Shown piece by piece: positions 56,701 to 64,000 of a DNA stretch of 64,000 nucleotides. Each line of letters opens with the position of its first letter. Position 1 is the first letter of the stretch. The notes under the pieces are model-generated. The model did not search any database. It was not told where the DNA came from and saw only the letters and a program-made list of their open reading frames with translations. A program made the translations under genes and the position numbers. Source of the DNA: Auanema rhodensis. Its lineage: Eukaryota > Animalia > Nematoda. The stretch is taken from contig OZ059894.1 of NCBI GenBank assembly GCA_964057225.1, positions 620,001 to 684,000 on the forward strand. The letters are read 5' to 3'.

Positions 56701-59700
56701 CACGTGAAGCGAGTTACATACCAAGTGCACATCACGTGTACATTTAATTAGCATAAATTAAAGTTCACGTAAATTTCAAAGTCATGGTTACCATGAACCA
56801 ATATCAATAAAAATTTGTTTTTAGACTAATATGGACATGGGGAATCTAATTTTGAAAACCGCATCTCTTTATCTTCCACGTGAAGCGAGTTACATACCAA
56901 GTGCACATCACGTGTACATTTAATTAGCATAAATTAAAGTTCACGTAAATTTCAAAGTCATGGTTACCATGAACCAATATCAATAAAAATTTGTTTTTAG
57001 ACTAATATGGACATGGGGAATCTAATTTTGAAAACCGCATCTCTTTATCTTTCACGTGAAGCGAGTTACATACCAAGTGCACATCACGTGTACATTTAAT
57101 TAGCATAAATTGAAGTTCACGTAAATTTCAAAGTCATGGTTACCATGCACCAATATCAATAAAAATTCGTTTTTAGACTAATATGGACATGGGGAATCTA
57201 ATTTTGAAAACCGCATCTTTTTATCTTTCACGTGAAGCGAGTTACATACCAAGTGCACATCAGGTGTACATTTAATTAGCATAAATTAAAGTTCACGTAA
57301 ATTTCAAAGTCATGGTTACCATGCACCAATATCAATAAAAATTTGTTTTTAGACTAATATGGACATGGGGAATCTAATTTTGAAAACCGCATCTCTTTAT
57401 CTTTCACGTGAAGCGAGTTACATACCAAGTGCACATCACGTGTACATTTAATTAGCATAAATTAAAGTTCACGTAAATTTCAAAGTCATGGTTACCATGA
57501 ACCAATATCAATAAAAATTTGTTTTTAGACTAATATGGACATGGGGAATCTAATTTTAAAAACCGCATCTCTTTATCTTTCACGTGAAGCGAGTTACATA
57601 CCAAGTGCACATCACGTGTACATTTAATTAGCATAAATTAAAGTTCACGTAAATTTCAAAGTCATGGTTACCATGAACCAATATCAATAAAAATTTGTTT
57701 TTAGACTAATATGGACATGGGGAATCTAATTTTGGAAACCGCATCTCTTTATCTTTCACGTGAAGCGAGTTACATACCAAGTGCACATCACGTGTACATT
57801 TAATTAGCATAAATTAAAGTTCACGTAAATTTCAAAGTCATGGTTACCATGAACCAATATCAATAAAAATTTGTTTTTAGACTAATATGGACATGGGGAA
57901 TCTAATTTTGAAAACCGCATCTCTTTATCTTTCACGTGAAGCAAGTTACATACCAAGTGCACATCACGTGTACATTTAATTAGCATAAATTAAAGTTCAC
58001 GTAAATTTCAAAGTCATGGTTACCATGCACCAATATCAATAAAAATTTGTTTTTAGACTAATATGGACATGGGGAATCTAATTTTGAAAACCGCATCTCT
58101 TTATCTTTCACGTGAAGCAAGTTACATACCAAGTGCACATCACGTGTACATTTAATTAGCATAAATTAAAGTTCACGTAAATTTCAAAGTCATGGTTACC
58201 ATGCACCAATATCAATAAAAATTTGTTTTTAGACTAATATGGACATGGGGAATCTAATTTTGAAAACCGCATCTCTTTATCTTTCACGTGAAGCGAGTTA
58301 CATACCAAGTGCACATCACGTGTACATTTAATTAGCATAAATTGAAGTTCACGTAAATTTCAAAGTCATGGTTACCATGCACCAATATCAATAACAATTT
58401 GTTTTTAGACTAATATGGACATGGGGAATCTAATTTTGAAAACCGCATCTCTTTATCTTTCACGTGAAGCGAGTTACATACCAAGTGCACATCACGTGTA
58501 CATTTACTTAGCATAAATTAAAGTTCACGTAAATTTCAAAGTCATGGTTACCATGCACCAATATCAATAAAAATTTGTTTTTAGACTAATATGGACATGG
58601 GGAATCTAATTTTAAAAACCGCATCTCTTTATCTTTCACGTGAAGCGAGTTACATACCAAGTGCTCATCACGTGTACATTTAATTAGCATAAATTAAAGT
58701 TCACGTAATTTTCAAAGACATGGTTACCATGAACCAATATCAATAAAAATTTGTTTTTAGACTAATATGGACATGGGGAATCTAATTTTGAAAACCGCAT
58801 CTCTTTATCTTTCACGTGGAGCAAGTTACATACCAAGTGCACATCACGTGTACATTTAATTAGCATAAATTAAAGTTCACGTAAATTTCAAAGTCATGGT
58901 TACCATGCACCAATATCAATAAAAATTTGTTTTTAGACTAATATGGACATGGGGAATCTAATTTTGAAAACCGCATCTCTTTATCTTTCACGTGAAGCTA
59001 GTTACATACCAAGTGCACATCACGTGTACATTTAATTAGCATAAATTGAAGTTCACGTAAATTTCAAAGTCATGGTTACCATGCACCAATATCAATAACA
59101 ATTTGTTTTAGACTAATATGGACATGGGGAATCTAATTTTGAAAACCGCATCTCTTTATCTCTCACGTGAAGCGAGTTACATACCAAGTGCACATCACGT
59201 GTACATTTAATTAGCATAAATTAAAGTTCACGTAAATTTCAAAGTCATGGTTACCACGAACCAATATCAATAAAAATTTGTTTTTAGACTAATATGGACA
59301 TGGGGAATCTAATTTTGAAAACCGCATCTCTTTATCTTTCACGTGAAGCAAGTTACATACCAAGTGCACATCACGTGTACATTTAATTAGCATAAATTAA
59401 AGTTCACGTAAATTTCAAAGTCATGGTTACCATGCACCAATATCAATAAAAATTTGTTTTTAGACTAATATGGACATGGGGAATCTAATTTTAAAAACCG
59501 CATCTCTTTATCTTTCACGTGAAGCGAGTTACATACCAAGTGCACATCACGTGTACATTTAATTAGCATAAATTAAAGTTCACGTAAATTTCAAAGTCAT
59601 GGTTACCATGAACCAATATCAATAAAAATTTGTTTTTAGACTAATATGGACATGGGGAATCTAATTTTGAAAACCGCATCTCTTTATCTTTCACGTGAAG

Positions 59701-62700
59701 CGAGTTACATACCAAGTGCACATCACGTGTACATTTAATTAGCATAAATTTAAGTTCACGTAAATTTCAAAGTCATGGTTACCATGAACCAATATCAATA
59801 AAAATTTGTTTTTAGACTAATATGGACATGGGGAATCTAATTTTGAAAACCGCATCTCTTTATCTTTCACGTGAAGCGAGTTACATACCAAGTACACATC
59901 ACGTGTACATTTAATTAGCATAAATTAAAGTTCAAGTAAATTTCAAAGTCATGGTTACCATGCACCAATATCAATAAAAATTTGTTTTTAGACTAATATG
60001 GACATGGGGAATCTAATTTTGAAAACCGCATCTCTTTATCTTTCACGTGAAGCGAGTTACATACCAAGTGCACATCACGTGTACATTTAATTAGCATAAA
60101 TTAAAGTTCACGTAAATTTCAAAGTCATGGTTACCATGAACCAATATCAATAAAAATTTGTTTTTAGACTAATATGGACATGGGGAATCTAATTTTGAAA
60201 ACCGCATCTCTTTATCTTTCACGTGAAGCGAGTTACATACCAAGTGCACATCACGTGTACATTTAATTAGCATAAATTTAAGTTCACGTAAATTTCAAAG
60301 TCATGGTTACCATGAACCAATATCAATAAAAATTTGTTTTTAGACTAATATGGACATGGGGAATCTAATTTTGAAAACCGCATCTCTTTATCTTTCACGT
60401 GAAGCGAGTTACATACCAAGTGCACATCACGTGTACATTTAATTAGCATAAATTAAAGTTCACGTAAATTTCAAAGTCATGGTTACCATGAACCAATATC
60501 AATAAAAATTTGTTTTTAGACTAATATGGACATGGGGAATCTAATTTTGAAAACCGCATCTCTTTATCTTTCACGTGAAGCGAGTTACATACCAAGTGCA
60601 CATCACGTGTACATTTAATTAGCATAAATTAAAGTTCACGTAAATTTCAAAGTCATGGTTACCATGAACCAATATCAATAAAAATTTGTTTTTAGACTAA
60701 TATGGACATGGGGAATCTAATTTTGAAAACCGCATCTCTTTATCTTTCACGTGAAGCGAGTTACATACCAAGTGCACATCACGTGTACATTTAATTAGCA
60801 TAAATTTAAGTTCACGTAAATTTCAAAGTCATGGTTACCATGAACCAATATCAATAAAAATTTGTTTTTAGACTAATATGGACATGGGGAATCTAATTTT
60901 GAAAACCGCATCTCTTTATCTTTCACGTGAAGCGAGTTACATACCAAGTGCACATCACGTGTACATTTAATTAGCATAAATTTAAGTTCACGTAAATTTC
61001 AAAGTCATGGTTACCATGAACCAATATCAATAAAAATTTGTTTTTAGACTAATATGGACATGGGGAATCTAATTTTGAAAACCGCATCTCTTTATCTTTC
61101 ACGTGAAGCGAGTTACATACCAAGTGCACATCACGTGTACATTTAATTAGCATAAATTAAAGTTCAAGTAAATTTCAAAGTCATGGTTGCCATGCACCAA
61201 TATCAATAAAAATTTGTTTTTAGACTAATATGGACATGGGGAATCTAATTTTGAAAACCGCATCTCTTTATCTTTCACGTGAAGCGAGTTACATACCAAG
61301 TGCACATCACGTGTACGTTTAATTAGCATAAATTAAAGTTCACGTAAATTTGAAAGTCATGGTTACCATGCACCAATATCAATAAAAATTTGTTTTTAGA
61401 CTAATATGGACATGGGGAATCTAATTTTGAAAACCGCATCTCTTTATCTTTCACGTGAAGCGAGTTACATACCAAGTGCACATCACGTGTACATTTAATT
61501 AGCATAAATTAAAGTTCACGTAAATTTCAAAGTCATGGTTACCATGCACCAATATCAATAAAAATTTGTTTTTAGACTAATATGGACATGGGGAATCTAA
61601 TTTTGAAAACCGCATCTCTTTATCTTTCACGTGAAGCGAGTTACATACCAAGTGCACATCACGTGTACATTTAATTAGCATAAATTAAAGTTCACGTAAA
61701 TTTCAAAGTCATGGTTACCATGCACCAATATCAATAAAAATTTGTTTTTAGACTAATATGGACATGGGGAATCTAATTTTGAAAACCGCATCTCTTTATC
61801 TTTCACGTGAAGCGAGTTACATACCAAGTGCACATCACGTGTACATTTAATTAGCATAAATTAAAGTTCACGTAAGTTTCAAAGTCATGGTTACCATGCA
61901 CCAATATCAATAAAAATTTGTTTTTAGACTAATATGGACATGGGGAATCTAATTTTGAAAACCGCATCTCTTTATCTTTCACGTGAAGCGAGTTACATAC
62001 CAAGTGCACATCACGTGTACATTTAATTAGCATAAATTAAAGTTCACGTAAATTTCAAAGTCATGGTTACCATGAACCAATATCAATAAAAATTTGTTTT
62101 TAGACTAATATGGACATGGGGAATCTAATTTTGAAAACCGCATCTCTTTATCTTTCACGTGAAGCGAGTTACATACCAAGTGCACATCACGTGTACATTT
62201 AATTAGCATAAATTAAAGTTCACGTAAATTTCAAAGTCATGGTTACCATGCACCAATATCAATAAAAATTTGTTTTTAGACTAATATGGACATGAAGAAT
62301 CTAATTTTGAAAACCGCATCTCTTTATCTTTCACGTGAAGCGAGTTACATACCAAGTGCACATCACGTGTACATTTAATTAGCATAAATTAAAGTTCACG
62401 TAAATTTCAAAGTCATGGTTACCATGCACCAATATCAATAAAAATTTGTTTTTAGACTAATATGGACATGGGGAATCTAATTTTGAAAACCGCATCTCTT
62501 TATCTTTCACGTGAAGCGAGTTTCATACCAAGTGCACATCACGTGTACATTTAATTAGCATAAATTAAAGTTCACGTAAATTTCAAAGTCATGGTTACCA
62601 TGCACCAATATCAATAAAAATTTGTTTTTAGACTAATATGGACATGGGGAATCTAATTTTGAAAACCGCATCTCTTTATCTTTCACGTGAAGCGAGTTAT

Positions 62701-64000
62701 ATACCAAGTGCACATCACGTGTACATTTAATTAGCATAAATTTAAGTTCACGTAAATTTCAAAGTCATGGTTACCATGAACCAATATCAATAAAAATTTG
62801 TTTTTAGACTAATATGGAGATGGGGAATCTAATTTTGAAAACCGCATCTCTTTATCTTTCACGTGAAGCGAGTTACATACCAAGTGCACATCACGTGTAC
62901 ATTTAATTAGCATAAATTAAAGTTCACGTAAATTTCAAAGTCATGGTTACCATGAACCAATATCAACAAAAATTTGTTTTTAGACTAATATGGACATGGG
63001 GAATCTAATTTTGAAAACCGCATCTCTTTATCTTTCACGTGAAGCGAGTTACATACCAAGTGCACATCACGTGTACATTTAATTAGCATAAATTTAAGTT
63101 CACGTAAATTTCAAAGTCATGGTTACCATGAACCAATATCAATAAAAATTTGTTTTTAGACTAATATGGACATGGGGAATCTAATTTTGAAAACCGCATC
63201 TCTTTATCTTTCACGTGAAGCGAGTTACATACCAAGTGCACATCACGTGTACATTTAATTAGCATAAATTAAAGTTCACGTAAATTTCAAAGTCATGGTT
63301 ACCATGAACCAATATCAATAAAAATTTGTATTTAGACTAATATGGACATGGGGAATCTAATTTTGAAAACCGCATCTCTTTATCTTTCACGTGAAGCGAG
63401 TTACATACCAAGTGCACATCACGTGTACATTTAATTAGCATAAATTAAAGTTCAAGTAAATTTCAAAGTCATGGTTGCCATGCACCAATATCAATAAAAA
63501 TTTGTTTTTAGACTAATATGGACATGGGGAATCTAATTTTGAAAACCGCATCTCTTTATCTTTCACGTGAAGCAAGTTACATACCAAGTGCACATCACGT
63601 GTACATTTAATTAGCATAAATTTAAGTTCACGTAAAATTCACAGTCATGGTTACCATGCACCAATATCAATAAAAATTTGTTTTTAGACTAATATGGACA
63701 TGGGGAATCTAATTTTGAAAACCGCATCTCTTCATCTTTCACGTGAAGCGAGTTTCATACCAAGTGCACATCACGTGTACATTTAATTAGCATAAATTAA
63801 AGTTCACGTAAATTTCAAAGTCATGGTTACCATGCACCAATATCAATAAAAATTTGTTTTTAGACTAATATATACATGGGGAATCTAATTTTGAAAACCG
63901 CATCTCTTTATCTTTCACGTGAAGCGAGTTACATACCAAGTGCACATCACGTGTACATTTAATTAGCATAAATTAAAGTTCACGTAAATTTCAAAGTCAT

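Larger units (their letters stand above)
1..64000. repeat. Tandem satellite DNA array, 176-bp monomer, about 364 copies, head-to-tail, extends beyond both window ends
   Basis: ATCACGTGTACA recurs at 1, 177, 353 ... 2641 (=15x176+1) and stays in exact 176-bp register to 32561. After one deletion the register restarts at 32804 and reaches 63946, which is 177 units minus exactly ten 1-bp deletions. No unique sequence or inversion seen. Confidence 0.99.

Noticed and set aside
1-64000. CRISPR array or other prokaryotic repeat-spacer system
   Set aside because: There are no unique spacers; the entire 176 bp repeats. No leader or cas genes are present.
1-64000. Identity with known satellites of similar length (Brassica CentBr 176 bp, honeybee AluI 176 bp, Arabidopsis CEN178, primate alpha satellite)
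   Set aside because: Only the length matches. I see no sequence resemblance to the plant or primate repeats as I recall them, no CENP-B box, and AluI sites occur only in minority variants. BLAST is needed to exclude these formally.
1-64000. Tandem RNA genes (5S rRNA, tRNA, snRNA, spliced leader) or MITE/transposon copies
   Set aside because: No recognisable Pol III internal boxes, cloverleaf, SL or Sm motif, terminal inverted repeats or target-site duplications.
1-64000. Information-bearing code in the order of C66/A66 or G/A/T157 alleles
   Set aside because: The order is adequately explained by nested tandem duplications and exchange; no independent pattern was seen.

Overview
The whole 64-kb window is one uninterrupted head-to-tail tandem array of a 176-bp, AT-rich satellite monomer (hand count about 32% GC, about 364 copies, all in one orientation). 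The consensus is ATCACGTGTACATTTAATTAGCATAAATTAAAGTTCACGTAAATTTCAAAGTCATGGTTACCATG[C/A]ACCAATATCAATAAAAATTTGTTTTTAGACTAATATGGACATGGGGAATCTAATTTTGAAAACCGCATCTCTTTATCTTTCACGTGAAGCGAGTTACATACCAAGTGCAC. Monomers differ from it by 0-7 substitutions, so the array is highly homogenised and resembles eukaryotic (peri)centromeric satellite DNA. I do not recognise the family or organism. I found no supportable genes, RNA genes, transposons or CRISPR array, and no gene-based 'system'. The information lies in four things. (1) The monomer is packed with dyads and carries three regularly spaced TCACGT/E-box cores. (2) Linked variants reveal nested tandem duplications of 2, 4, 6, 11, 12, 13, 14/15, 15 and about 48-51 monomers rather than one fixed higher-order repeat. 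(3) A single blunt deletion at 32672/32673 breaks the register. (4) The array has regional variant domains, including a 175-bp monomer lineage confined to 38-59 kb. Variant notation below (e.g. A30G) uses monomer position, with position 1 = the A of ATCACGTG. All counts were made by eye.
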